The notes: generated by a model from the sequence alone, not told the origin. 64,000 bases of DNA from Marsupella aquatica (GCA_973895155.1 OZ316892.1:16792357-16856356), one strand, 5' to 3'. Positions 14,301-27,681 are shown, numbered from the stretch's first letter. Numbers and translations: made by a program.

Positions 14301-17012
14301 CCGATGCAGCGGTCAATAACAAACCGCGGCACTCTTTTTAAGGTCGTTCTGAATAAATGCGGAAAGACTTATGTGAAATCTCCAGGTAAAACCTTCAGAG
14401 TCAGATTACCGTTATGTCTTGGCTTATCAAAGTAACATGCAGGTTCCAATTTCAAGGAGGATTCAACTGTTATTGGGGACTCCATTGGAAAATTGTTTGG
14501 ACTAACGAAAAGTTTCAACCCGAAGTAGAGAACATCGTATCGATAGCACAGACCACAGGCTAAAGATATGATGCTCAAAAGTCGAGGGGACAATCCAAAC
14601 TTTCAACCCTGTTACCGACTGATAATTAATTGGACCCCAGAGGAAAATCAGTAGAAGGGGGGCTGTTCTGACTACTAAAGCTGTCCAAACCTGACAGCTA
14701 GGACAAGCCAACACTAAAATAGTCTACCACAGTAACACAAGTACAATGTGGATAAGCAACATTAAAGCTTTAGAACTTGAGCCAAATTAGGGCATGAGCA
14801 CTATACAAGCCAAAGAATCTTTGCAGAAAATAATTCCGTTCTTAACAATGTACTAATGACATGAACCGACCTACACAAAGGACGTATCTTATGCTACATT
14901 ATCCTCAGATCCCTGACAGAAAATGGTTCGAGCCAGCTGGATCCGGCAGTGCCGACGTAGAAGGTCTGTTCAGGGCGACTTCTCATTGAATATTATTACG
15001 ACTCCCAAACATGATTTACAAAAACCCGTATTAGCATAGTTTAGTCTACAAACAGTACCAACAAAGGACACCGAAACAAGAAATCGTCACACCTGCCCAA
15101 GAATCGAGGCAATGCAAGCCCCTGTGTGAACAAGAGGCCCTTCCTTCCCGAGAGCTAAACCCCCTCCAACAGATCCAATGCTGCCCAATATCTGCAATAC
15201 GTAATAGATCTCTGTAATTAGTAAGATGACGACAGCGATGGAACAAATTCCTGACGAAGACACGAGATTAATGAACCAAGAGACTATCGAACAAGCCAAA
15301 TTAATAACAGGAACTTAAGCACATGTTGGGAAAACTAGGCATCCATGCTCATGACTAAAACAAGGATTCACACAATTTAAACACTTATGCTCGTATACCT
15401 TTCCAACTAATGTTCGAAATAAAAGAATGCCTGGAGTATCAATTCCTGGATGAAGACAAGCACAGAGGGCTTAACGGGTTAGACATGCAATCATGTGAAC
15501 GAGCATGATACCACATAGCCCCGAAACCAAAGCTGTACCCTCAGCAGCAAAATTTGGTGGCCTCATTCAGATAAATTAGGAATCTTATAGAATTGCTTTC
15601 AAGGGAGTACCATTTAAGTAGCCCTTGATCTCTGGTATCCCAGAACCAGCAGCAGCTGGCGCGAACTGGGTAACAATGTAGACCGACGAGAACACCAATG
15701 CCCCACTGGAAACGGAATAAATGAGAAATGCTAAAAAGTACGAGTATCTCATTAAGTAAAAAGTAGCCGCAAACTTCCACCCTGCAAAATTTTCTACCGC
15801 AATATTGATGAAGAAAGCAGAAAAGCCTGTCGCTGCACATCCCCGCCAGCAAACACTGAGCATGAGATTAGCTGAGTCTGATAGAAAAGAACCACGCGAC
15901 GATAGCACACTGTTTGCACGGAGAAACAATTCCACTTATGTCGCGATCTACCAAATTAATATCCGTGACAACTTCTCAGTGTCGAATGTGAGACCCAGGC
16001 GGGCTCAAACTATTCTTGTGAGATACGGAAACACTAGTGGCATTATATTTTGGACGTTATAAATGCTATATGGCACGTCGATAATCCTAAGAGGAGCAAA
16101 TCTGATAAAGATATTTTGCTGTTCCTCGAAGTGAGTAAATCAATGTAAGATTTCCCGCTCAACATAGGAGGCCCGTAGTTTCATAAGAGATATTTTCAGA
16201 ACTCACGAGGCATTTGCTTTCATTCACTACCGATTTGCAATCTTTGGTCATAATAATGGCCCAAGCAGACAATCACATCTTCTAAACCAAATAGCGGACA
16301 ATTTGAATGGGAATCAGGGAATAAAACTCGTACCGACGCCAATAATGAGTGCATATACCCATTTCAGCGTGATGTAGGAAGCATAGTGCCACATCCCTCT
16401 GTTCAGCTGCAAGCAAGCAAATGTGGGGTTGATACAATATTCAAAAGGCAATCTCCATTAATCCGACCTCAAACTTCGTCACGGATCTGTCACAAATGTC
16501 TTCCCAATGAGATTCATTTTGAGGAAGGTGAGGATTGTACTTGAAAGACTGGCCTTTCACTGATCTGGCCCAACTGCAGCTGACCCGGCCAGGCCAATTA
16601 CATATATATGGTAATATTTGACAGATCTCAGGGACTGACTATCCAATCCAAAGCCTTCCAATGTTGAACTTACCTGATCTTCCCGATATGCGAGACTCTC
16701 CACAACCTCGTAATCCAAACTCTCGGGGCCACTATTTCCACTGCTAGAAGAATCGGCTCTCCCAGCCTCAGCTTCGTGTATGTGATTCTCCCACTCTGGG
16801 GCAGCAGCCGTCGTCTGAGGAGGAGTCCTGGAAGAATCCAAATCCACCAAGCGAGACCATTGCTGTGCTCCATGGCGCACTCCCTGTAAGCTGCGAGTCA
16901 CTTTTGAAAGCACGGAACCTAACATAAATTGCCCTCCCCCACCTCTACTTCCAGCTCCTCCTGCTCCTGCTCCTCCACCTCCTCCCATGCCCGAAACTTC
17001 TCCCTCCTCCAT
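8386..17012 (-). CDS. CLC-d: Chloride channel CLC-d-type anion/H+ exchanger, about 21 exons, C-terminal CBS domains
   Basis: GT-AG-bounded exons encode PESLDYE, GSGIPE (Ser, chloride-type filter), GKEGP (gating Glu), AAFRAPVGGVLFALEEV, VPAGQFVP, RMTVSLCVIMVE, HNGFPV and LFRQLGLRH...GIITRKDL. Start ATG at 17012 (MEEGEVSG). The last exon (8386-8451) is less certain. Confidence 0.93.
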
Positions 17013-17349
17013 GAATCCAACAGAGTATCCGCTTGCTCCTCCTCGCCTAGAACCAATCGCACCACCTCGAGGCGATGATCGAGGGATCGATCTCTCCCAC
17101 TCCCTCGCCTCTCTTCTCCAACACACTCGTCCCTACTCCTCGTTTCCTCTGCATTCCTCGCTCCACGACATCATCCGTCTCCTCGACGGACGCAGGCGTA
17201 GTTAGTCGTCGCTGCAGTCTGTCGACCGAGTATTGCGAGACCGATCGCAGCACGACCACTGCTCTGCTCTCCTGTTCACCATTTCCATTATTCATTCATT
17301 CAGTCGCTCACACACTTCATCCTGTGCGTAAATCAATTCGAAATTAATG

Positions 17350-17390
17350 TACAGCAGACACAGCAGACACAGCAGACACAGCAAACAGAG
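17350..17390. repeat. (ACAGCAGAC)n short tandem repeat upstream of CLC-d
   Basis: Three perfect 9-bp units plus a degenerate fourth. Confidence 0.8.
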
Positions 17391-17853
17391 CACGACCAAT
17401 GCACACCGCTGCTTCTCAGAGACTCCCCGACTCCCCCCGACTTCCCTGCCCTTCTCCCGTCTGCCCCGGCCCTTCGTCTCAGGGTTTATTGCCTGCCCTC
17501 CTCCAAGGGGGTTATGGGATCATCCCTCAGGGCGAGGGCGCTCAGCAAAAGGGGGTTAAAGCCGTATATTAACATGGAATTTGTTTTGCTTCATTTTTTA
17601 CTTGAAAGTTCACTTAAACCACCACTGGCAATGTAAAAGGAGGAGTGTCCAAAACTTCTCCCTTTTTCCCATGATTAGTCTCCTCTACCCTGAGGTTTTG
17701 CTCCTCAATTTCACGAAAAAAAACTAAAAATGGCAAAATGTGTGGAAACATGTTTTTGTCACGGCTAGTGGCTCTTTAAAATGCTAGGGGGGGGGGGGGT
17801 TATGATGCATGCTATCCATAGAACTACAAACTGAAACTACAGGAGGTGATTAC

Positions 17854-18185
17854 TGTTGAACTAAGACGTCATTCGCAACGACCATACAACCATGACTCAT
17901 TCCATGCACACGTAGTCGACATAATCTCTACGTGGTTCACCTCTTCTCCAAGGCTACGTCCACACGAACACTCAAGCTTTACTTCAAGAGTAGACGAACA
18001 CCCATCCTCTCCCTCTTCCTCAAGTTGCTCTATTACAATGAGTAAGCACCACACACCAACGGCTTACACTAGCCCTGGTATATACAAGGTCACACACGAC
18101 TAACCTAACCTCAGCTAAGATTCTAACTGTGGTTAGCCTAAGTGCCGTAACCTATGAGTCACAAGACTAAGAGCAATCCTTAACA
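17854..18185 (-). repeat. Copia 3' LTR
   Basis: TGTTGAAC...CCTTAACA. I count 4 transitions versus 21799-22130. Confidence 0.96.
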
Positions 18186-18386
18186 AACTCCCCCTTGACT
18201 CTAGTCTTGGGGACTGCAATTTCTGCTATCCATGAGATACTCAGCGGGAAATTCTAGACAATCACCTAAAACCATAGGTGTCCCCTAAAAACCATTTAAG
18301 GTTAACTAAGGGTTAACTAGAATTAAGCCGTAGCCATAACAGGATTGAGTAACCCATATCCAGAAATTACATATTGTTAAGTTACT

Positions 18387-20677
18387 CTACTTGTGCTGCA
18401 AATGCAAAACTTGCAAAGTAGCACGGTGTCTTGAGTAACTCTCTAAAGGAATCACTTTGGTAAAAGCATCAACCGGGTTGAGCTTTCCATCAATCTTGAC
18501 TAGCTCAAACATTTTATCAGACACTGCTTGCCTAATAAAATGGTACCTGATGTCAATGTGTTTCACCCTGCTATCCATAACCTGGTTAATAGCTAGGTGA
18601 AGCGCACTTTGGCTGTTACAATGAAGAGTCATTTTTCCATGCTCCAATCCCATCTCAGTGACCAGCTTATCCAACCAAATTGCTTCCTTTGCTGCTTCTG
18701 CTGCTGCAACATATTCTGCTTCTGTAGTAGACTGAGATACACACTTCTGCAAGGTAAATCTTCAACTTATGCATCCTCTTCCAAGAGTAAACACATACCC
18801 AGTCGTTGACCTCCTTGTTTCCAGACAGCCTCCGTAGTCAGAATCTACATAACCAACCAAAGATTTGGTTTTGTTTGATCTACTATCAAACAACAGACCA
18901 TAGTCTATTGTGCCCTTAAGATACCTGAGAATCCATTTCACAGCCTCCCAATGTACCTTCCCTGGATTCGACATGAATCTACTCACTTTGCCCATTGCTA
19001 GGGCTAGATCAGGCCTGGTACATGTCATCAAATACATTAGACTGCCCACTGCCTTCTCATATGGAACCTTAGTCATCAAGCCTCTCTCCACTGGATTCGT
19101 GGGGCAGAAAGCCGATGATAACTTGAAATGTGGAGCCAAAGGAATACTTACTGGCTTAAAATTTTCCATGTTAAATCTTGCAAGTACCTTTTCAGCATAC
19201 TTGCCTTGATTCAGCCACAATTGTCCAGTTTCAAAGTTCCTCGTAATCTCCATACCTAAGATCCTCTTGGCTTTCCCAAGATCCTTCATTCGGAATTCAA
19301 AACTCAATTTTGCTTTGAGTTTGTCAACCTCAGTTTAATCCTTAGCCGCAATCAACATGTCATCCACATAGAGCACCAGAATGAGCAAACCAAACACACC
19401 ATTTTTGACTGATTTTGTATACACACAAGGGTCATACACCATCCTAGTGAATCCTTGTGCAAGCATGAAATCATCAAACCGCTTGTTCCACTGTCGAGGA
19501 GCTTGCTTCAATCCATACAAGGACTTAAGCAACCTACAAACTAAACTCTCTTGGCCCTTCTTCACAAAGCCCAGTGGTTGCCTCATGAAAATTTGTTCTT
19601 CCAAGGTGCCATAGAGAAAACCACTAACAACATCCATTTGATCTAACACCAGATCAAAAAACACAACAAGTTGACACAAAATTCGTATCGTGGAATACTT
19701 GGCAACTGGAGAGAAGACCTCATTGTAATCCACTCCCTTCTCTTGAGTGAATCCCTTGGCAACAAGTCTTGCCTTGTATATCTTGTCTCCTCCATCTGAA
19801 GAGTTGTCCTTCAGCTTGTAAATCCACTTGCTATCCACCACTTGTTGATCACTTGGCAGTTGCACCAGCTCCCATGTTCTGTTGTCACTTAAAGATTGCA
19901 ACTCCTTCTGCATCGCTGCATTCCATTCATCTTTCTCGTCTGAAATGCACGCCTCATGATAAGAAGAAGGTTATCCTTCTTCCAAGATCAGTGCTCTGTC
20001 ATCATCTTCAGGTGCAATGTCAACATCATCTAACCTTGATGAATCTGTCCATTGTCCATACCTTGTAGAAGCTCGAGTAGTACGTCTTGATTTTCTAGCT
20101 GATGATTCTGGTTGATCTTGTTTTGTTGGTTGAATTTGAGGTATTCCAACAACAACTTGCTCCTCTTGTTCCAATACCGGAACCAGATCCATTCTCGGAG
20201 CACCTCCTTCATTTATGTCATGAAAACTCTCATGACCAATCTCCCCCACAACATGGTCCAGGATAGGAGATTTACCTTTGTCAGTACGGGAAGCCTGAGC
20301 ATCATCCCCCTCCTTTGATGATCTGGATTCATTAAAGGATACATCTCTACTGACAAGCAACGTACAAGCTTCTGGATCCCATAGCCTGTAACCTTTCACA
20401 CCTGGTTGATAACCAAGAAAAAGACACTTCTTGGAAGTAGAATCTAGTTTAGATCGATTCTGCTTAGGTGTGAGAGCATATGCATCACTTCCAAAGACTC
20501 TCAAAACCTGATAGTCTGCGTGCCGTCCATACCTCATTTCAAACGGCGTCTTGAAATTGATTGCACTTGAAGGAGAAAGATTTACCAAATAAGCTGCCGT
20601 ATTTATAGCTTCAGCATAAATACTCAACATACTCAACATACTCCTCGATCGCTCCAATAGTATTCGGTTTAGCCGCT
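18387..20677 (-). pseudogene. Copia pol fragment: integrase C-half (GKGY), reverse transcriptase, RNase H, with in-frame stops
   Basis: ERLNRILLERSRSML, KKCLFLGY..GVKGYRLWD, YKARLVAKGFTQ, LYVDDML, GYVDSDYGG, STTEAEYVA, KHIDIRYHFIR. Stops near 19971, 19335 and 18762. Confidence 0.95.
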
Positions 20678-21798
20678 GTCGGGGGAATCTTTAGTTCTTG
20701 GAAAGCACCGAGCTCTTGTTTTTCCTATCTTGGAAGAAACCTTTCCAAGATACGTCTTTTCTCACCTTACATTACCCTTGCGATCCCCTTTGTCGATCAA
20801 TTTCTCTCACCATTATCCTCTAAAATATCTCTCACAGCCTTTGTCCCACTCTACGATGAGCGGCTTCCTCACACTAAGCCTCGAATCGGCCTATCCTCTT
20901 TCCACATAACTTACTTCCCAAGTCAAGTCACAGATTGCAATTTCCAACGAATCCTACAATTAGATAAGTCAATTATAGAAAACAAAGACTATGATCTTAA
21001 GATTTACCATAGATGATATAATCACAGGCTCTGGCATCCTAAGCATAACATTGTATCTTTCATCTCCATACTTTCTAACTAAAACATCTCTACAATCAAC
21101 CTTCTTACGACATACCACTCTAATGTCAATAGATGAAGGAAAATCAGACACATTATTAGGAAGCCTATTCAAATCTAACTCCGGTACATTTACGGATTGT
21201 CTATTAAAATCCATCTAATATAAAATAAAAATAGTTATATTCCATTCATTTCCATAAACAACAATCGGGTATACAAATGGTGCATCGCTATTCATAACTG
21301 TTTCCATTAACTCAAACCCAAAATGATAAAGAAGATGCATTCTCATGGTATGCTTGCTAAGACAATGAATTCTAATTAAGAAAGGATTGACAAATGGCAC
21401 AGTAGGTGGGGGATAAACTCTAGGTACTCCATTTATCATATTATTCATTACAAGCACACTAAATTGATCTCAAGACTAATAAACATAAAACATAAAATAG
21501 TTCTAAGGCTAACAATCAAGTTAGTACCCAAGCATGAAGGTAAATAATAAACAAGACATGTGTACAAGAGGGGAAGAGTTCCTTACAGTGTTGCGAGTCC
21601 GACACGATAAATCAAACAAATGCGAATGAGGAGAGTGTACTCCTCTTCACTTTATTTATAGTGCCCCTTTGTGTTTTCCAAGAGGGCATGGATCGATGCA
21701 TTGACCCTTGGATGGAAGCCAAGTGGCAAGCATCAAGCACCTATAAGTGTGCTAGTACTATTCATAGTTGGTGGAACTACCGTTGCTCTGATACCAAT

Positions 21799-22130
21799 TG
21801 TTGAACTAAGACGTCATTCGCAACGACCATACAACCATGACTCATTCCATGCACACGTAGTCGACACAATCTCTACATGGTTCACCTCTTCTCCAAGGCT
21901 ACGTCCACACGAACACTCAAGCTTTACTTCAAGAGTAGACGAACACCCATCCTCTCCCTCTTCCTCAAGTTGCTCTATTACAATGAGTAAGCACCACACA
22001 CCAGCGGCTTACACTAGCCCTGGTATATACAAGGTCACACACGACTAACCTAACCTCAGCTAAGATCCTAACTGTGGTTAGCCTAAGTGCCGTAACCTAT
22101 GAGTCACAAGACTAAGAGCAATCCTTAACA
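21799..22130 (-). repeat. Copia 5' LTR
   Basis: Near-identical to 17854-18185 and adjacent to the PBS. Confidence 0.96.
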
Positions 22131-22722
22131 ATTACAATGTAAGGTACCCTATGGCCCCAAGGGGGTTACGAGATGTAATCCCTGAGGGTGCTGAGCCTGA
22201 AGGGGTTACAGGCATGGCCCCTGAGCGGCTAATGCAACCGTAACTCCCCAAGTGTACTTTTGCTTCATTTTTCACCTGCAAGTTGCTCCAGAAATTGGGT
22301 AACCTTTGAGGTAGGCTAACCCGTGGGGGCAGAAATTTCATAGCTCATAACCATCATAAAAATACAAGTGAAAACTACCAGAGTGGATTATGGTGGTTAA
22401 TGTCACCGTGTGTGTGTAAGGGAGAAGGCCACTATGTGTGAAGGAGTGGATGCTAAGAATGTTTTTATCAAGCTTACTTATATTAACTCTAACCGTTAGA
22501 TCTCCCTGTATTTAAGGATAACTGTTAGGTTCTGGGTACTGGGGTTTGTGGCTAGGTGGAAACTGGCTAGTGGACAAGTAAAACCATAACACATTTTGTC
22601 ATCTTAGCAAATTTTTGTCACTATAAAAAGCTCTGCTCCCCTCCCCTTCTGCCCTGGCCCTTTTGCTACTGGCCAGGCCTTAGTTTAGGGTATACTTTTT
22701 CTCATTTTTGCCAAGTTTCGTG

Positions 22723-22858
22723 GCCAATGTCTTCTTGTGATGAAGGAGAAGATGCTAGGAAATTGTCTTATCTAGTTTTCCTAAATCAACGCCAATGTCT
22801 TCTTGTGATGAAGGAGAAGATGCTAGGAAATTGTCTTATCTAGTTTTCCTAAATCAAC
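22723..22858. repeat. Perfect 68-bp tandem duplication
   Basis: GCCAATGTCTTCTTGTGATG...CCTAAATCAAC at 22723-22790 and 22791-22858. Confidence 0.93.
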
Positions 22859-23393
22859 TTCTGACCTTTAGATGTCCCTAGAGTTAACAATAATTGTCAG
22901 ATTGTGGCTAGTGGGTCTATGGCTAGGTGGGAAACTGGCTAATCTGACACAGAAGGCCTGACTACTTTTCCAATACTTTTCACTGCCAGGTGGTGAATTT
23001 TTTCCTCTAGAAGATGCTGCCTCCTTACTTACCTTACCTCCCTCTCCTAAACTAGCCGACACTGCAATATAGTGCCCAACCACAAAGGGAACAACAGCAC
23101 CACAGTAGAGCATATTCCTTGCACCAAAAGTTTGCATTTGCACTCATTCTTCTTTCTAGGTTTTGGGGTTAGCATTTGCCTTCTTTTGTTGAGTTTAAAG
23201 TGTTTGTACTCTTGGACCTCCTTTGCTCTTACTTCTTAGTTTGTATTTTGTTTGGCCCTTTTGGTAGATTGGTTAGTTTTTCTCCACTAGGGTCTTTTGT
23301 TGGCTAATTATATTCAAGTTTTATTTTGGAAGAAAGGTAGCCACACACCTTTTGGTTAAAATTGGTCCATTTAACCAATAAAAATCCAAATAG

Positions 23394-23880
23394 GGATTTG
23401 TGGCTAAGGATAAGGAGCACTTGGTGTACAAGTTGCACTAGGCTTTGTTCAGAGTGAATATGACAATTGTACCTATATGAAGAAGGTGAACAATGGGGTG
23501 TTTGAATTCATTGTTCTGGTCCTTTATGTGGATGATGTGCTCATTGTTGCCAAGGGTATGGCAGAGATCATTAAACTCAAAGTTCAATTGAGCTCAAAGT
23601 TTGGTATAAAGGACTTAGGGTAAGCCAGATAACTTGGGATGAAGATTCACAGGGACAAGCAGAAGAGGAAATTGTGGTTGACATGGAGTGAGTATACGAG
23701 GAAAGTTCTTGCCAAGTTCAATATGGCAAGTGCTAAGGCTGTAACTACTCATTTGGCAACACATTTTAAACTATCTGCTGCATTTGTCCCACAAATGCAA
23801 TTGAAAAGGGATTGATGTCTAAGGTCCCTTATGATAGTGCAATGGGCAATTTGATGCACCGTATGGTTAGTACATAGCAC
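23394..23880 (+). pseudogene. Degenerate Copia RT fragment, older and opposite in orientation to the 17854-22130 element
   Basis: YMKKVNNGVFEFIVLVLYVDDVLIVAK...FGIKDLG*...KFNMASAKAV...HFKLSAAF with stops and deletions. Confidence 0.85.
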
Positions 23881-24394
23881 ATGTTGTGGGCCGTGGACGT
23901 AGCCCAGACAAGGTGAACCATGCACTCTCTTTGTTGGTGTCAATTCATTTTGTATGCTCGTTCCTTTGCTGTCATGCTGTCCAATTAGATCCCCAACAAC
24001 ACTCCGACATAGTGCATTAGGTGGTGGCACATGAAACATATCTTTTTAAATTTGAGCCTGAGTATCATTAACCAGCCTTTTTTTTGGTGAGTGATTGGCT
24101 AATTTTTGCCCACAAAAAAATGACTGATGCAACCCCATGGGCCCGTGACATCTTTTACACCTTTACTCATTGACAACCCCGTGGACCAGTGTCAAACTTT
24201 ACAATTGTATTCACTGCCAACATTTTGGCTCCCAGAAAATTTTCAACTGCAAAGTTTGACTTTAAATATCTCCCTCTCTACCAAGTGTAATTGACACTTC
24301 TTGGGCCCCTTGGAAAGAAAGGGCTTGGAAAGACATTTCCAATGTCTAGTATCATCAAATTTCAGTGAGAATTGAGACACAAACTTCAAAACAT

Positions 24395-25055
24395 TATGGT
24401 TTCATTTTCTTGCCACACGCTACTCCTATGTAAAATCTGTACTATAGGAGCAAAAAGAGGGCTTTGGTGCAATCCATCTGGGTTGAAAACATCTATTGGG
24501 GCCATTGGAAAGCGTGGAGGTCCTTCTGGGCTTCAATTTTGTAATTTAAGTGGAAGAGACTATTGTAAAAAACCGTTGGCTCCAGACTAGACATCAAATG
24601 CGGAACATGAGAGCACTCAATCTCACACTACACCAACAAGACACCACAATGCAGAAATTCTTGAAGGATCCATAGCTCATGAGAAAGTACATATGAAAAA
24701 TGAGGGAGAGAATGTTCTCCCTCCAACCCATACCTTCCAAGGGGGCGAGATGTGTGGGCCTAATATAACCGGATCTTATCCTAATGTGATCCAAGGTTAA
24801 CTAACCCTAGTAAGGCCAAACTAACTAAAATCCGGAACTCGAGTCAATTCCTAACATCTACCCTAGTGCCGGGTCCAAATAAATAGATAATTGTTAAAAC
24901 TAGCCTGAAATGCCAAAATTGAAGCCCAAAGGACATCCATCTTTGCCAAATGACCCCAATAGGTTTTTGCAACCCGGATGGATTGGAGCAAAACCCTTCT
25001 CTGCTCATACAATATGGATGGGCAGGAGTTAAATGTTGCAAGAAAACAACACATT
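24395..25055. repeat. Diverged long inverted repeat (about 200-bp arms), foldback/MULE-like remnant
   Basis: 24440-24600 (GCAATCCATCTGGGTTGAAAACATCTATTGGGGCCATT...GGGCTTCAATTTTG) matches the reverse complement of 24860-25030. Confidence 0.75.
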
Positions 25056-26534
25056 CATCTTTGAGAAGTAGCCTGACTACTCGTTATTTTGAACATAATT
25101 ATAGGTGAGTACACAAAACCTTGCAAGAAAAAGATTTTTTTCTTATTCACACTCATTTAATTTGCCTCCATTCTTTGCACCCCCAAAGTTAAGTTGCACA
25201 TACAGAGTACGGCCTAGAGGAAGCCTCTAGACGTAGGCCATAAAAGTAGTATTTTATTGCAAATTACTACCGTAGTAAGACTTGTAGGTATATGTTCTCA
25301 ATGAAATTTGACCATATTAGGTTCATTGGAAAAATCTCTATAAGTTTTTTAATAACCCAGGGAAATAAGATTTTATCTGATGAAGAGGAGGATACTCAAT
25401 GTCAAAGGTAGCTACTAGAGAACTTCTTGGACACCTAACCTCAGGGATGTCAAAGGCCATCAGGTTTGTAAAGGCTCATAAGCTAGGTCCATCCCAACAT
25501 GCTTTCCACATTTTACCTTTTCCTCTGAATCATTTATTCCCTCTTCTTACATTATTTTGTAAGAATATATGTTAAAGGAAAGTCCTTCCCTTCTTTGAGT
25601 GGTAAGAGTAAGCGACAATAAAGTCTATAGTGCCCTGAAGACCGGGTCTTACCAGATATAGAAGTTTAGATATGAGGTCTGGCTAAGAGTACTTCAGAAT
25701 CTACTGTACATCCTATATTTCCCCCTAGAGTGATACATAAATTAAGTGGCTGAAATCAGATGAGTCCACCAAGATTGCAATTGAAATTCAGGGTGAGCTA
25801 CCATTTGACATGGCAAGGCAAATCCAACTGATACCAAGTGGAGGCCTCCCCAAATTCTGTATGAATTTACAGATTCTCTGGGGCAACCCTTCTTCAGCGA
25901 GGTCACTAGCCTCTAGTGCATTTGTATGACTCTAAATAGTCGACAAGTTTGCTAGCCAAAAAAGGAGTCCAGAATTGGGTTTTCTGGGAAAACATGCCAC
26001 AAAAACCAAGAGTTCTGGAAACCAAGCTTTGGCTAGGGGGTTACTAAATTTCCTAGCAAAGTCTTGGATATTTGGGGGATTTTTTCATTTGAGACGAAAC
26101 TCAGTACTCTGAGGAATTGATTTCCTTGCAACAGGAAAATTCTCCTGTTTGCTTGCTTGGTATTGATACCCCAAGCAAAGAAACACAGGGAGAGCCCCAC
26201 ATTTGAATATGTACAGGACAGGGTATGTTCTCCTTTATTTTAGGGGAACACCCTCATGAGACCTGGGGTCTGGGCCCTCTATTTCAGAGAACCCCTCCAG
26301 GCTCTGCCTTAGACTAAGTACACCCTTCACTGCTAATGCTGTTAGTGTGAAATTAGGGTTACTAACACCAAGTGGGGACCGGTGTTTCTAAATAAATTCA
26401 TGCATACTAGGGCTAAGGATCTTCACTTGCAACCACGGGCACCCACCTTCTTTCATTGGGCAAAAACAATTGTCTAATAATGCACAAAAAATAGGTTACC
26501 TAACACTAACTCATGAGGTTATCCCAAAATGAGC

Positions 26535-26819
26535 TTCTTCACTTGAATTAGTGCGAGTAACACTAGTTGGAGTGAACAGTGTGGACATAGGGAGTTACCT
26601 TACACTACTATCTTGACCAGGGTTACTTTTGAGGTTTTTTTTTGTTTGCCTAGGTGGCAAATGTCTTGTGTGAAGGATTCTTCACTGGAATTAGTGTGAG
26701 TAACACTAATTGCAGTGAAAAGTGTGGAGATAGGGAGTTACCTTACACTTACTATTTTGACCAGGGTTACTATTAAGGTTTTTTTTGGTTGCCTAGGTGG
26801 CAAATGTCTTGTGTGAAGG
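26535..26819. repeat. About 143-bp imperfect tandem duplication
   Basis: TTCTTCAC.GAATTAGTG.GAGTAACACTA...TAGGGAGTTACCTTACACT...GCCTAGGTGGCAAATGTCTTGTGTGAAGG occurs twice. Confidence 0.9.
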
Positions 26820-27681
26820 GAAGATGCTAAGCAGATTCCTTATCTGATCTCTCAGATTAATTTATGACTCTTAGATCTCTATAGATTTAAGGATAACCAT
26901 CAGATTGGCTCACGGGTCTCTGGCTAGTTGGGAAACTTGCTAATCAAAGTGTTAAAGGCTTCTCGGTGAGATAGAATTTTTGCCGCTAAAAGAAAGGCTG
27001 ATTGAGTGTTTCTCTAGGAAACCTGGGGAATCTTTTCACATAGAAAACAAACTCCGGTAACGATCTGTACCGTCCATCATCTCTGCTCTCCGGAAAAGTA
27101 TAGGCATCAGTTTGTCTACATGAGAAGAACCGAGCCCACCTAAACATAGGCGTCATTATGTCCACAATAGAGGAACAGCGCCCACCTAGACATAGAAAGG
27201 CAGAACAACAATTAATCAGGAGCAACATAAAGAATTGAAGCAAATCAGAATGAACTCGTCTTAATGCTTTAGCACGGGAAATTGGATATGCATTCTCTCT
27301 AGACCTTTGGCATTTGTCTCCTGCCGCTCCTCCTCACTCTGCTTCTTCTTTCTGTGATATGTTTTCTGCTGGCATCCTACTTTGTGGAATCCTTCACAAG
27401 TTGAGCATTGACAATTGGAGCCTACACAAGTGCACGTTCTCTAGCAAATTGATTCTACCTCATTCGCCGAAGGTCCATTTTGTAGTCGAAGACTTTTGCC
27501 CGATGCTTCCTCTTTTACTTCATTGTGGCGCTGTGTTTTAGTCCTGTCAGTTTGTGGGCAATTCACAAAGGTTCAGCAGTTGATTCATCCTGCCTTTCGT
27601 GTCTGCTCCTCCGCTGACGAGAGGCCGTTGCTGCAGGCAATTAATTAATTGATTCATTGATTCACTCATTCATCTATTGAC

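Larger units (their letters stand above)
17854..22130 (-). mobile_element. Ty1/Copia LTR retrotransposon, internally deleted (no gag, protease or integrase N-terminus), 4277 bp
   Basis: Two 332-bp TG...CA LTRs. ATTAC TSD at 17849-17853 and 22131-22135. tRNA-iMet PBS (TGGTATCAGAGC, 21785-21796 on -). PPT AAGGGGGAG next to the left LTR. Confidence 0.97.

Noticed and set aside
17846-18103. Duplicated small ORFs (also 21671-22048)
   Set aside because: They are chance translations of the two LTR copies.
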